A stretch of DNA of 64,000 nt, taken from an uncultured Actinomycetes bacterium. Lineage in GTDB: Bacteria > Actinomycetota > UBA4738 > JBBDTT01. The notes below the pieces were generated by a model. The model made no database searches and was not told where the DNA came from. It saw only the letters and a program-made list of their open reading frames with translations. Positions 43,684 to 54,114 of the stretch are shown here, in pieces. Location of the stretch: contig CAVUMN010000004.1 of NCBI GenBank assembly GCA_963742735.1, forward strand, positions 928,001 through 992,000. Direction: 5' to 3'. Each line of letters starts with the position of its first letter. Position 1 is the stretch's first letter. The translations under genes were made by a program, and so were the position numbers.

Positions 43684-45274
43684 GCGCCCGTACGCTGCCG
43701 GCCGCGTTGCGGAGCGCCGGACCGGCGTTCGAGCTCCAGGTGGAACACGGCGCGGAGGTCGTGAGCCTCGACGCCGCCGGCCTGCTCGAGGAAGCCCTCG
43801 GGCTCGCCGCCGTCCTCGGCGAGCGAGGCGTCGGGCCGGGAGACCGGGTGGGGATTCTCGGACCGAACGATGCCCGATGGGTGGTGTCCGCCTGCGCGGT
43901 ATGGGAGCTCGGCGCCGTGGCCGTCCCGGTGGCGTATCCCGTGCGAGTGCGGAACCTGGAGGCCGTCCGCGGACAGGTACGGGCGCTGCTGAGCGCGGCG
44001 GAGTGCTCCGCGGTGCTCGTCGACCCAACGTTCGCCCGCCTGGTGACGGATGCGTTCCAGGTCGTCGACTGGAACCTCACCACGCCGGGCCCGGCCCCTG
44101 GTCACGTGGCCCGACCCGGCGACCCGGCGGTGCTCCAGTTCACCTCCGGGAGTACCTCGGCCCCGAAGGGAGCGCTCCTCAGCCACGGCGCGATCCTGAC
44201 GGCCATGCATTCGGTCCGCGAGGCCCAGCCGCTCGGGCCGGGGGCGCGGCTGTTCAGCTGGCAGCCGCTGTTTCACGACATGGGCCTGTTCATGTTCCCC
44301 CTTCGAGGCGTGGTCGAGGGCCTGCCGGTGCACCTGATGACCACGGAGGCATTCGCGAAGGACCCCCCCTCGTGGCTCAAGGGGGCGGCGCGGGTCGGGG
44401 CGACGGCGCTCGGGGCGCCGCCGTCGGCCCTGGCCGTCGCCATCAAAGGGCTCGAAGGATCCGGCGAGCATCCGGACCTCTCGGCGGTGGAGCAGACGAT
44501 CATCGCTGCGGAGATGGTCGATCCGAACGTCATCGATCGGACCGAGCGATGGGGCGCGGCGTCGGGCTACCGCCGCGAGGCCATGACGGTCTGCTACGGG
44601 CTGGCCGAGGCGGTCGCCCCCGTGACGATGCGCGTCGGGCCGCCTCGCATCCTCGACGTGGACGGCGAAGCCCTCGCGGCCGGGACCGCGGTCTCTCCGG
44701 GGGCCGGCACCCCGAAGCGGCTGGTCTCCGCCGGCGCCGCCATGCCGCGCATCGAGGTCCGCATCGGCGATCCCCGCGATCCGTTCGAGGAAGGCCGGGT
44801 GGGGGAGGTCCTGGTCACGGCGGAGAGCCTCATGGACCGCTACGTGGGGCCGGGGGAGGCCGAGGACCCTTCGACCATGGATGGCTGCGGACCGGCGACC
44901 TCGGCTTCCTCGATGAGGGCGAGCTCGTGATCACCGGCCGGTCCAAGGACCTGATCATCGTGTTCGGCCGGAACTACGCGCCGGAGGACCTGGAGTGGGC
45001 TGCAGCGACCGTTCCGGGTGTTCGGGCCGGGCGCGTCGTGGCGTTCTCGCCCTCCGAGGCCGAGGGCCAGGTCATCGTGGTCGTCGAGCCCCGGGCCGGC
45101 GCGGATCCCTCGGAGCTGCCCGTGCTGGTTCGGCGGGCGGTCGCCGATCAGGTGGGTCTGACCCCGAAGCGGGTCGTCCTCGTGGACCCCGACACCATCC
45201 CCAAGACCACGAGCGGCAAGCTTCGGCGCTCGGCGGTGCGCGACGCGTTCGACCGCGGTGAGCTGCCGGGCTGA
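43680..45274 (+). CDS. Fatty acyl-AMP ligase (FAAL-like) 2; apparent CTG start; one apparent frameshift near 44870
   Basis: LQFTSGSTSAPKG, SWQPLFHDMG, YGLAEA in one frame; WLRTGDLG, GRSKD, KTTSGKLRR in the next frame. Confidence 0.88.
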
Positions 45275-45352
45275 CCCCGGCACGGCGTGTCAGAGGCGGT
45301 CTCTACGCTGGATGCATGATCGGGCCCAGAAAGTGTGACAAGGGCGGGCGGG

Positions 45353-45449
45353 TTATCCCCACGCCGCCGGCCCATGCGGGGGACGGGTTCCGGGGGTTTT
45401 CCCCTTCCGTTCCACCCGTTGTCCCCCCGCGACGACCGGGTTATCTGCG
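45353..45449 (+). promoter_or_regulatory. Degenerate DnaA-box-like sites upstream of dnaB
   Basis: TTATCCCCA at 45353-45361 (1 mismatch to TTATCCACA), TTGTCCCCC at 45419-45427, plus weaker copies. Confidence 0.3.
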
Positions 45450-45527
45450 TTGTAACGCACAGGCGCTCGGAACTAGCGTCTCGCGTTCGGGGAGTCCGCC
45501 CGAGCCAAGGGAACAGGAGGAGGTCTG

Positions 45528-46882
45528 ATGGCGCGCCCCGCAGAGCACCTTCAGCCCGCCCGGCCCGAACGGATCCCTCCGCACAACCTCGAGGCCGAGG
45601 AGTCCGTCCTCGGCTCGATGCTGCTGTCGGCCGAGGCGATCGGCAGCGTCACCGAGGTCCTGCGCCCCGAGGACTTCTACCGCTCGGCCAACGAGAAGAT
45701 CTACCGCGCCTGCCTGGACCTCTATGGGCGCGGCGAACCGGTCGACGCGATCACGGTGGTCGAGGAGCTCAAGCGGCGGGACCAGCTCGGCGACGTCGGC
45801 GGCCACCTGTACATCCACAACCTCGTCGAGTCCGTGCCCACCACGGCCAGCGCGGGCTTCTACGCGAAGATCGTCGCGGAGCACGCCCTCCTGCGCCGGC
45901 TGATCGACGCCGGCTCGAAGATCATCACCAAGGCCTACTCGATCCCCGAGGACCCCAAGCAGGCCGCCGACGAGGCGGAGGGTCTGGTCTACGCCGTGTC
46001 CCGCCACCGCGACCAGGAGGAGGTCGTCCCCCTCTCCACCCTGATCCACGACAGCATCGAGACCCTCGAGAAGCTCCACGAGCGCGAGAGCGCGTTCGCC
46101 GGCGTCGCCACCGGCTTCGCCGACCTGGATCAGATGACCTCGGGCCTGCAGCCCGGCAACCTGATCGTGGTCGCCGCCCGTCCCGGCGTCGGCAAGTCCT
46201 CGCTGGTGACGAACCTGGCGCGGAACGTGGCCGTGGACGCCGGGGTCCCGGTCGCGATGTTCTCCCTGGAGATGTCGCGCTGGGAGATCGGCATGCGCCT
46301 GCTGTGCGCCGAGGCCCGCGTGCCGTGGGACAAGATCCGTTCGGCCCGGGTGGGCCCGGAGGACTGGCACCACATCGTGGAGGGCGCCGAGGCGCTGCAC
46401 GAGGCGCCGCTGCACGTGATCGACGCCGGCAACGTGAACATCGTCGACATCCGCGCCAAGGCCCGGCGCCTGAAGGGCAAGGACAACCTCGGGCTGATCA
46501 TCGTCGACTACCTCCAGCTGATGTCCAGCCACACCCGTCAGCGAGAACCGCCAGACGGAGATCGCCGAGATCAGCCGCTCGCTGAAGCTGCTGGCCAAGG
46601 AGCTCGAGATCCCGGTCATCGCCGTCTCCCAGCTCAACCGCGACCCGGAGCGCCGCCAGGACAAGCGGCCCCAGCTCTCGGACCTGCGGGAGTCCGGGCG
46701 CCATCGAGCAGGACAGCGACGTGGTGATCTTCATCCACCGCGAGGACTCCGAGGACCCACAGACGAAGGGGACGGCCCGGCTGATCATCGCCAAGCACCG
46801 CAACGGGCCCACCGGCGAGGTCCAGCTCACCTTCCTCCCGCACCTCACCCAGTTCCGGAACTTCGCTCGCGTCTCGGGGTGA
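45528..46882 (+). CDS. dnaB: Replicative DNA helicase; two apparent frameshifts near 46537 and 46697
   Basis: [37 protein letters not shown]; then [42 protein letters not shown] in shifted frames. Confidence 0.95.
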
Positions 46883-47580
46883 GCGCCCCGCCTCCCGACC
46901 GCGCGTGGGTCCGAGACATCCTCCGGCGGCTTCGCCGGCGCTACGGCCCGCTCGACCCGCCGCCGGTCCGGGAGCCGCTCGACGAGCTGATCCTCACGGT
47001 CCTGTCCCAGAACACGAACGACACCAACCGGGACCGGGCCTGGGCGTCCATGCGCGCGCGCTACCCCCGCTGGGAGGACGTCGCCCGTGCGCGTGAGCGT
47101 GACCTGATCGCGGCGATCCGGGTCGGGGGGCTGGCCAACACGAAGGCCCCGCGCATCCGGGCGATCCTGCGCGAGATCCGCGAGCGTGAGGGCGGCTTCG
47201 ACCTCGCCTGGATGCACGAGGCCTCGGACGCCGACGTGTCCGCGTACCTGGCGAGCCTCCCGGGCGTGGGGCCGAAGACCATCGCGTGCGTCCTGGCCTT
47301 CTCGCTGGGCCGGCCGGCCCTGCCGGTCGACACCCACGTGCATCGGGCCGCGCTGCGACTCGGCCTGATCCCGCCGGGCCTCCCGGCCGGCCCGGCTCAC
47401 GCCGCCATCGAGGCGGTGGTCCGGCCGGGGGACCGGCTGGCGATGCACGTCGGCCTCATCCGGCTGGGCCGGGACGTCTGCCGGGCCGGCCGGCCTCGCT
47501 GCGAGGGCTGCGTCCTGGCCGAGGTCTGCCCCACCGCGCCGTCGATCCTGGGCTCGGAGACCCCCGCCGGGGCGCGATAG
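46879..47580 (+). CDS. nth: Endonuclease III family (HhH-GPD, 4Fe-4S) DNA glycosylase
   Basis: [28 protein letters not shown]-x6-C-x2-C-x5-C. Confidence 0.9.
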   Translation: MSAPPPDRAWVRDILRRLRRRYGPLDPPPVREPLDELILTVLSQNTNDTNRDRAWASMRARYPRWEDVARARERDLIAAIRVGGLANTKAPRIRAILREIREREGGFDLAWMHEASDADVSAYLASLPGVGPKTIACVLAFSLGRPALPVDTHVHRAALRLGLIPPGLPAGPAHAAIEAVVRPGDRLAMHVGLIRLGRDVCRAGRPRCEGCVLAEVCPTAPSILGSETPAGAR

Positions 47581-47593
47581 AATGAGGCCACTC

Positions 47594-47667
47594 GCGGGTG
47601 TGGTTCAATGGCAGAACGTAAGCTTCCCAAGCTTGAGACGGGGGTTCGATTCCCCTCACCCGCTCCA
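47594..47667 (+). tRNA. tRNA-Gly (anticodon CCC)
   Basis: Acceptor GCGGGTG/CACCCGC, anticodon loop TTCCCAA, GGTTCGATTCC T-arm, encoded CCA; TAGAAT -10 at 47578-47583. Confidence 0.97.
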
Positions 47668-47721
47668 AACGCCCGGCCCCTTGGAGTACCCTTCGCCGCC
47701 AATGACCATCGGCGACCGCGC

Positions 47722-48303
47722 ATGATCCTGTCCGATCGCTCCATCCGCGAAGAGCTCGACGCCGGCCGGATCGAGATCGACCCGTTCGATCCGGCTGCAT
47801 CCAGCCCTCCTCCGTAGACCTGCACGTCGACACGACGTTTCGCACCTTCCACAACGCGCGCTACCCCTACATCGACGTACGCAAGGAGATGGGCGAGCTC
47901 ACCGAGCTGGTCGAGATCACCGGCGAGGATGAGGCGTTCATCCTGCACCCCGGCGAGTTCGTGCTGGGCTCCACGCTGGAGCGCGTCCGCCTCCCCGACG
48001 ACCTTGGTGGCCCGCCTCGAGGGGAAGTCCTCCCTCGGGCGTCTGGGCCTGCTCATCCACTCGACCGCCGGCTACGTCGATCCCGGGTGGGACGGCTACC
48101 TGACCCTGGAGCTGTCGAACGTGGCCAACCTGCCGATCACGATCTACCCGGGCATGAAGATCGGGCAGATCTCGTTCTTCCGACTGAGCACCGCGGCTGA
48201 GGCGCCGTACGGGTCTTCGGCCGCGGGGAGCAAGTACCAGGGTCAGCGCGGTCCCACCCCGAGCAAGTTCTTCGAGGAGTTCCGGCCCAAGGGCCAGGGC
48301 TGA
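47722..48303 (+). CDS. dcd: dCTP deaminase; two apparent frameshifts near 47793 and 48004
   Basis: [62 protein letters not shown] across frames. Confidence 0.93.
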
Positions 48304-48324
48304 GCTCAGCGGAGGCCGGGGGGC

Positions 48325-48987
48325 TCAGCCCTCCTTCAGCTTGAAGCTCTCCAGGACCAGCTGCGTGGGCCCCACGATCTCGTCGGGGTCGCCGTCCCTG
48401 GCGGCGAACAGCACGATCGAGTAGTTGGTGCTCTCGCCGACGTGGACGGTCACCGCGAGGAACCGGATGCCGGCACCCTGCTGGTTGGTCCCCGTCCCGT
48501 TTACGACCAGGGCCTCGTGGTCGGCGATGGTCTGGGTGTCGGGGCTGCCCGTCTCCACGCTCTCGTTGTTCTCCTCGATCTGGCCGACCAGGACCTCGGA
48601 GGCGTCGGCGAGGGTTCCCTCGGGTCCCACCCCGAACGACACCACGACCAAGCGGTCCGGATGCTTGATCGTCGTGCGCGTGTCGTCCTCGACCAGCTCC
48701 CAGCCCGTCGGGTAGTCGAAGGAGTACCCGGCGCGGGCGTTGGTGAAGTGCGCCGTCTCGATCTCGTCGGGCGTGGCCATCTCGGCGACCTTGTAGACGC
48801 CGATCCCCGCGCCGACCGTGACCGCCACCGCGACCACCGCCCGCAGGCTGGTCCAGACCGGCCCCCGGTCGCGGCGGGTCCGCCGCCGTTGTGGCCGGTG
48901 GCTGGGTGGACTCTGCGGTTCGCGTTGACGCGGCGGGCGGATGTGGTCACCCGGCCCGACGATCCATTCGTCGCCTCGAAGGCTCAC
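48325..48987 (-). CDS. Membrane-anchored protein with a PsbP/DUF1795-like extracellular domain
   Basis: Single TM, then GYSFDYP.GW ... VLESFK. Confidence 0.7.
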   Translation of the reverse strand: MSLRGDEWIVGPGDHIRPPRQREPQSPPSHRPQRRRTRRDRGPVWTSLRAVVAVAVTVGAGIGVYKVAEMATPDEIETAHFTNARAGYSFDYPTGWELVEDDTRTTIKHPDRLVVVSFGVGPEGTLADASEVLVGQIEENNESVETGSPDTQTIADHEALVVNGTGTNQQGAGIRFLAVTVHVGESTNYSIVLFAARDGDPDEIVGPTQLVLESFKLKEG

Positions 48988-49002
48988 GGGCTCATTCTCC
49001 CG

Positions 49003-49037
49003 AAAAAAACGAGGGGCGGGCCGGAGCCCGCCCCTCG
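49003..49037 (-). terminator. Rho-independent terminator of the LPXTG-protein gene
   Basis: Minus-strand CGAGGGGCGGGC-TCCG-GCCCGCCCCTCG followed by T7. Confidence 0.9.
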
Positions 49038-49056
49038 ACTGCCTTGACGGATCGCG

Positions 49057-50403
49057 TTAGGCGATCGCCATCTCCCTCTTGCGGTCCCATGCGACCAGCC
49101 ACGCGCCCATGAGCATCAGGTTCAGCGCGATGGCCAACGGGATCACCGTGTCCAGACCGGTCACCGGAAGGCCTCCCGGAGGCTTCGGGATCGGCTGGCA
49201 CGTGCCGTCGGTCCCGAGCACCTGTCCGGGCGGGCACTGCGGCGCGCAGTCCGCGCGGGTCGCTCCGGGCGGACACGCCGGCCCGGTGTTCTCCGCGAGG
49301 GTCTCCGCGTCGGCCAGGTGGCCGCCGACCAGGTCGGCCCCGCCGACGACTCCGGCCAGCACCGCGATGTGCAGGGCCTCCTGACGCGAGGCGCCTCCGC
49401 CGGTGTAGACGAAGGACTCACCCTGGTTCAGGTAGACGCACAGCAACGCGGCGCCCGCCGGGCATCCCGGGGGAAGCGCGATCTCGGTCGGATCGGTGAT
49501 CGTGATCACCGGGGAGCCGGCCAGCTCCAGAGCCAGCAGGTAGGAGCTGCGCTCGGTCGTGCCGTCTCCGGTCTCGGAGTTGGCCTCGGAGTGGGACTCG
49601 GAGTGCAGCGCCGAGGCGCCGAGCCCCGAGCAGGTCCCCAACAGGGGATCCTCACCGGTCGGGCCCACGCAGACGTCGGCCAGGTCGGAGGCCTGGTCCG
49701 CCTCGGTGTTGCCGTTGGTGTTGTCCTGGGTGATGGAGGAGTGGTTCTCGCTCACTCCGGCCCCCACCAGCCCCGCGCAGTTCTCGGTCGGGGCTTCCTG
49801 GGTCCCGCCCACGCACGCGAAGGCGATGGCCTGGTCCGCGGTGGCCGAGGACTCGTCGTTGCCGACGGCCGAGGTGGTCTCGGCGAAGAGCAGGCCCACG
49901 CAGATCGCGCCCCCGGACTCCTCACACAGCACGCCGGGTGCGACCCCGCCGGAGGCCGTTCCGCCCTCACAGTCGACGGCCGGGCACTCCGAGTGGGCTC
50001 CGATGATCTCCGAGCCCAGCAGGGCGAGCACGACCACGTCGCCCGAGGCGGTGCCGTCGTCGCCGATCTCGGCGTTGTTCTGTCCCACGACGACCAGGCC
50101 CTCACCGGCCAGATCCAGATCGGCGAGCGAGCCGCCGGCGTGGTCGGGCTTGGTGGGGTTCTCCGTCTCGTGACCCTCGAGGTCCGAGTCATCCGTCGGG
50201 TCGTCGGGCGGCTCGGCGGGTGCGGCGCCGCCGGGCTGCTGCACGCTCGGCGTGTAGGCCTCGCCGCTCGAGCTGCCGCCGGTGCCGCTTCCGATGCCGA
50301 TGCCACCGACGCCGCCGGCGGCACTCGCGGCTCCCTGCCACACGAGCAAGGCCAGCATCAGGCCGGCCGCGATGATGGTGACCATCGTGCGTCCGTGCTT
50401 CAT
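49057..50403 (-). CDS. Secreted, sortase-anchored (LPVTG) acidic Cys-pair surface protein
   Basis: SD CAGGAGG; signal peptide ending AASA; LPVTG + TM + RKR tail; 14 Cys in 7 local pairs. Confidence 0.85.
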   Translation of the reverse strand: MKHGRTMVTIIAAGLMLALLVWQGAASAAGGVGGIGIGSGTGGSSSGEAYTPSVQQPGGAAPAEPPDDPTDDSDLEGHETENPTKPDHAGGSLADLDLAGEGLVVVGQNNAEIGDDGTASGDVVVLALLGSEIIGAHSECPAVDCEGGTASGGVAPGVLCEESGGAICVGLLFAETTSAVGNDESSATADQAIAFACVGGTQEAPTENCAGLVGAGVSENHSSITQDNTNGNTEADQASDLADVCVGPTGEDPLLGTCSGLGASALHSESHSEANSETGDGTTERSSYLLALELAGSPVITITDPTEIALPPGCPAGAALLCVYLNQGESFVYTGGGASRQEALHIAVLAGVVGGADLVGGHLADAETLAENTGPACPPGATRADCAPQCPPGQVLGTDGTCQPIPKPPGGLPVTGLDTVIPLAIALNLMLMGAWLVAWDRKREMAIA

Positions 50404-50673
50404 ACGCACCTCCTGCTTCCTAGGGCGCTCTGTCGTCTTCTCTCAGGCAGGAACGCGTCGTCGCTGGGGCGCGTCGACGGGCTCGAAGCCGCGAACCGGT
50501 CCTGCATGCCGATCCGATCTATGCCCGCGTCATCCTACCCAGAAACCAGCCCCGAGGGGAGTTGGGTCAACCACCTCGGAAGGATTTGTGCGCGCTTGTC
50601 CGACATGGGAATAGTCAATCGATGGCCCGAACGGCATGGTTAGGGAAGAAGGAACCCGTCCCAGGTCGGACGC

Positions 50674-52728
50674 TCAGGAACCGCTGGTGAGAGCGGCTTC
50701 CGGGGCCTCGTCGCTTGCTCCGGTGGCCCGGCCGCCGTTGGAGCTGAGGGACTCGGAAACCACCTGAACGATGTCCAAAACCCGGGTCGAAGAACCTTTT
50801 TGCTTCACGCCGTCGTCGAGCATGATCAGGCAGTAGGGGCACGCCACACCGATGGTGTCGGCACCCGTGGCCACGGCCTCGTCGGTGCGCTCCATGTTCA
50901 CGCGCTTGCCGATGCGCTCCTCCATCCACATGCGCGAGCCGCCCGCTCCGCAGCAGAACCCCCGCTCGCGGTGGCGGGTCATCTCCACGGTGCGCACGCC
51001 CGGGATCAGTTCGAGCACCCGCCGCGGCGCGTCGTACACATCGTTGTGCCGGCCCAGGTAGCAGGGGTCGTGATAGGTGAGAAGGGCCTCGTACTCGCCT
51101 CCGCCGGCCAGGCGCCCCTCCGCCATCAGGCGGGCCAGCAGCTGGCTGTGGTGGACGACCTCGTAGGTGCCGCCGAGGTCCGGGTACTCGTTGGCCAGGG
51201 TGTTGAAGCAGTGTGGGCAGTTCACGATGATCTTGCGGACCTTGGCGTCGCCGAGCGTCTCGATGTTCTGCTCCGCGAGCATCTGGAACAGGTACTCGTT
51301 GCCGATTCGCCGGGCCGGGTCGCCGTTGCACAGCTCGCGCGGGCCGAGGATGGCGAACGGGACCGCGGCCTTCTGCAGGACCTTCACCATGGCGACGGAG
51401 ATCTTCTTCGCGCGATCGTCGAACGAGCCGGCGCAGCCCACCCAGTAGAGGTACTCCGGAGCGGCATCGCCGGGTTCGAGGACCCGCACGCCGAGGTCCT
51501 TCGCCCAATCGGCGCGGGTCGACTGGGCCAGCGCCCACGGGTTGCTCGCGTTCTCGAGGTTGCGCAGCAGGGTCCCGGCCTCCGCGGGGAACCGTGACTC
51601 GGCCATCACCAGGTTCCGCCGCATGTCGACGATGTGGTCGATGTGCTCGATGTTCACCGGGCACTCCTGCATGCACGCGCCGCAGGTGGTGCAGTCCCAC
51701 ACGACCTCGTCCTCGACGACGTTCGGGTTCAGCGCGATCAGCTCGACCTCGCGGCCGTCGTCGCGGGCGTCCAGGATCTTCTGGCCCTCGTCGAAGATCT
51801 GGTCGCGCAGGTTCATGATCAGCAGCTTCGGCGAGAGCGGCTTCCCGGTGTTCCACGCGGGGCAGACGTTCTGACACCGCCCGCACTCGGTGCAGGTGTA
51901 GGTGTCCAGGATCTGCTTCCAGGTGAGCTGGGTGATGTCCGAGGCCCCGAGGCTCATGTCCTCGTCCATCGACTCCAGGTCGATCTTCATCGTGCGGAGC
52001 TTGCCCCGGGCCTTCGTGTTCGTGAAGAACACGTTGAGGGTCGACGTGATGATGTGCAGGTGCTTCGAGTACGGGATGTAGATCAGGAAGCTGACGATCA
52101 CGACGGCGTGGGCCCACAGGAACACGTTGCGGAAGACTTCCACGGTTCCCTCGGCCATCGGCTCGAACAGGTTGGCCAGCCCCCGTGAGACCGGGGTCCA
52201 CGCAGCGGGGGACTCGTTGACCCCGAGCGCGATCTTCGTCGCGTTCAGGAAGGCGAGGGTCAGGACCACGCCCATGATCATGATCAGGATGAAGTCGGCC
52301 TCTTCCAGGTGGCTGCCCTTGAAGCGGTCGGGGCGCTCGACCTTGCGGATGTAGAACGCCATCAGGATCCCGATGAGCACGAGCGTCATGAACACGTCCT
52401 GGATGAGCCCCAGCCACGCCGTGCGGCCCACGAGGGGGATGGCGAACGAGGGCTGCACGATCTCCCCGAACACCTCGACGAGCGTGGTGGCCAGGACGAG
52501 GAAGCCCCAGAAGATGAAGGCGTGCATGACACCGGGCTTCGCGCGCTGCAGGATCTTCTTCTGGGCGAGGGTGACGGTGGCCTCGAGCTCCAGCCGCTTG
52601 GGGATGTCGTCGAAGCGATTGACCTTCTGTCCCAGCAGCACCAGCCGGGTGAGCGTGTAGCCGCGCAGCAGGAACAGGCCACCGGCCGTGCCCAGGAGGA
52701 ACAGGAGGATCCCCGCTCGGATCAGCAC
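50674..52728 (-). CDS. Membrane Fe-S oxidoreductase (FadF / heterodisulfide-reductase-like: TM + 2x4Fe-4S + CCG domains)
   Basis: HAFIFWGF; [12 protein letters not shown]; [12 protein letters not shown]; [11 protein letters not shown]; CCGAGG. Confidence 0.92.
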   Translation of the reverse strand: MLIRAGILLFLLGTAGGLFLLRGYTLTRLVLLGQKVNRFDDIPKRLELEATVTLAQKKILQRAKPGVMHAFIFWGFLVLATTLVEVFGEIVQPSFAIPLVGRTAWLGLIQDVFMTLVLIGILMAFYIRKVERPDRFKGSHLEEADFILIMIMGVVLTLAFLNATKIALGVNESPAAWTPVSRGLANLFEPMAEGTVEVFRNVFLWAHAVVIVSFLIYIPYSKHLHIITSTLNVFFTNTKARGKLRTMKIDLESMDEDMSLGASDITQLTWKQILDTYTCTECGRCQNVCPAWNTGKPLSPKLLIMNLRDQIFDEGQKILDARDDGREVELIALNPNVVEDEVVWDCTTCGACMQECPVNIEHIDHIVDMRRNLVMAESRFPAEAGTLLRNLENASNPWALAQSTRADWAKDLGVRVLEPGDAAPEYLYWVGCAGSFDDRAKKISVAMVKVLQKAAVPFAILGPRELCNGDPARRIGNEYLFQMLAEQNIETLGDAKVRKIIVNCPHCFNTLANEYPDLGGTYEVVHHSQLLARLMAEGRLAGGGEYEALLTYHDPCYLGRHNDVYDAPRRVLELIPGVRTVEMTRHRERGFCCGAGGSRMWMEERIGKRVNMERTDEAVATGADTIGVACPYCLIMLDDGVKQKGSSTRVLDIVQVVSESLSSNGGRATGASDEAPEAALTSGS

Positions 52729-52789
52729 GGGCGCGAGTCTAGGGGCCGCCCTCCGGGGCCCGCAAACGGCCCCGGCTCACGCGGACGGA

Positions 52790-53968
52790 TCAGCCCCAGA
52801 GGCCGGCGCCGGCGATGCCGGAGAGCGGACCGTCGTCGGCCCAGACGTTGACGGCCCGGAGCTGATACTCGAACCGGTTGCCCAGGGCTGTCTCGATCCC
52901 GAAGTCCGTGTACGAGGTCCGGGTCCCGGCGATGTCGACGAGCTTGTTGAAGGGGCAGTCGCCGCACGAGCGCCGGTAGATCTCGTACCGGGCCAGCGGC
53001 GCGCCACCCGTGCTCGAGGGCGCGTTCCACCGAAGGGAGATCGCGTATCCGGAGAAGCTCGCTTTCAGGTTCCGCGGAGCGGTGGTGCACCCCGTCCGGC
53101 TGATGAACCGGTTGACGCAGAAGGCGAGGTTCCAGTGGTTGAAGAGGTACTCGCCCGATCGCGGCCTGGGGTCGAAGTAGGAGTCCTTGCCGCAGTCGTA
53201 CTGGGTGTACGAGCAGATGGTCCCGCTCGAGCACATGACGTCCCGGCCGTCCACGCAGTGCCCGTGGCGGTCGTTGCCCCAGGCCGATTCGGCGACGGCG
53301 CCCATCGTGTGGGTGGCCTCGTGGAGCAGGGTGCTGGCCACGCTGCCGCAGGCGGTCACGGTGGCGTAGGCGATGGCGTGGTCCGGGCCCCGGTTGGCGC
53401 GGTTGTTCAGGGCGAGGGAGGCGTCGCCGGAGCGGCGGGCCTCGCCGCATGCCCCGCTGCTGACCGAGTCGTCGTACCAGACCCAGTACTTGACGAGCGG
53501 GTCGCGCAGGCCCGCCTGGATCAGGTCGTACTCGATGTGCGCGAAGTCATCCCCGCCGGCGGGCGTGCGGGTCACCACGTTCAGGACGGTGATCTGGCCC
53601 TGCCGGTTGCACTCGAACTTCAGGTCCAGCCGCGAGGCCCCGGCGCGAGCCGCCTCGTCGTGGACGAAGGCGTTCGCGCGGGTCACGGCGCTGCGGATCT
53701 GTCCCACGGTGCTCCAGTAGCGGTCGGCCTTGTCGTACGGACGGGCGTAGACGGCCACGGACCGGAACTGCTTGGCGTTGGTGCACACGGGGTTGCGGTA
53801 CCGGGCGGGGATGTCGTTCGCGACCCCGCTCGGGTAGGCGGCGTGGATCTCACCGTTCGAGAAGATGGATTCCGCGCCGAGCGTGCTCGGTGCTTCGGCC
53901 GGCGCGCCGGCCGGTCCACTGATCGCGACGACGACGGCGACGATGACTGCTGTGAGGGTGCGGGTCAC
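52790..53968 (-). CDS. Secreted zinc metalloprotease-like protein (HExxH) with a C-terminal fibronectin type III domain
   Basis: Signal peptide; LLHEATHTMGAV..GHCVDGRDVMC; APRNL...LRWNAP..GG....YEIYR, Y.LRAVN; start approximate. Confidence 0.75.
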   Translation of the reverse strand: MTRTLTAVIVAVVVAISGPAGAPAEAPSTLGAESIFSNGEIHAAYPSGVANDIPARYRNPVCTNAKQFRSVAVYARPYDKADRYWSTVGQIRSAVTRANAFVHDEAARAGASRLDLKFECNRQGQITVLNVVTRTPAGGDDFAHIEYDLIQAGLRDPLVKYWVWYDDSVSSGACGEARRSGDASLALNNRANRGPDHAIAYATVTACGSVASTLLHEATHTMGAVAESAWGNDRHGHCVDGRDVMCSSGTICSYTQYDCGKDSYFDPRPRSGEYLFNHWNLAFCVNRFISRTGCTTAPRNLKASFSGYAISLRWNAPSSTGGAPLARYEIYRRSCGDCPFNKLVDIAGTRTSYTDFGIETALGNRFEYQLRAVNVWADDGPLSGIAGAGLWG

Positions 53969-54114
53969 AGGGGTGGCTCCCTCCCATCGAGATGCCAGGC
54001 CGAATGGAGGAGGGGTTACTCCTTTCGCCACTGGATTCCTGCCACGAATTCCGTAGTTCGTCCGGGGGATTTACAAATCGTCCGGATCGGGCGTTTCCTG
54101 GATGGGAAACGGCT

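Noticed and set aside
44860-44885. FAAL 2 as a pseudogene
   Set aside because: One missing base in CCCTTC restores EDPFDHGWLRTGD, and no other decay is visible.
47594-47720. tRNA-Gly as an integration site for an island or prophage
   Set aside because: No integrase and no duplicated tRNA 3' end in the window; tRNA-Gly next to dcd is ordinary actinobacterial synteny.
45528-48303. Frameshifts in dnaB (two) and dcd (two) as pseudogenes or programmed frameshifting
   Set aside because: dnaB is essential and all motifs are intact across frames. The single-base indels mostly fall in short G/C/T runs and recur across the window, which points to read or assembly error. No slippery heptamer was seen.
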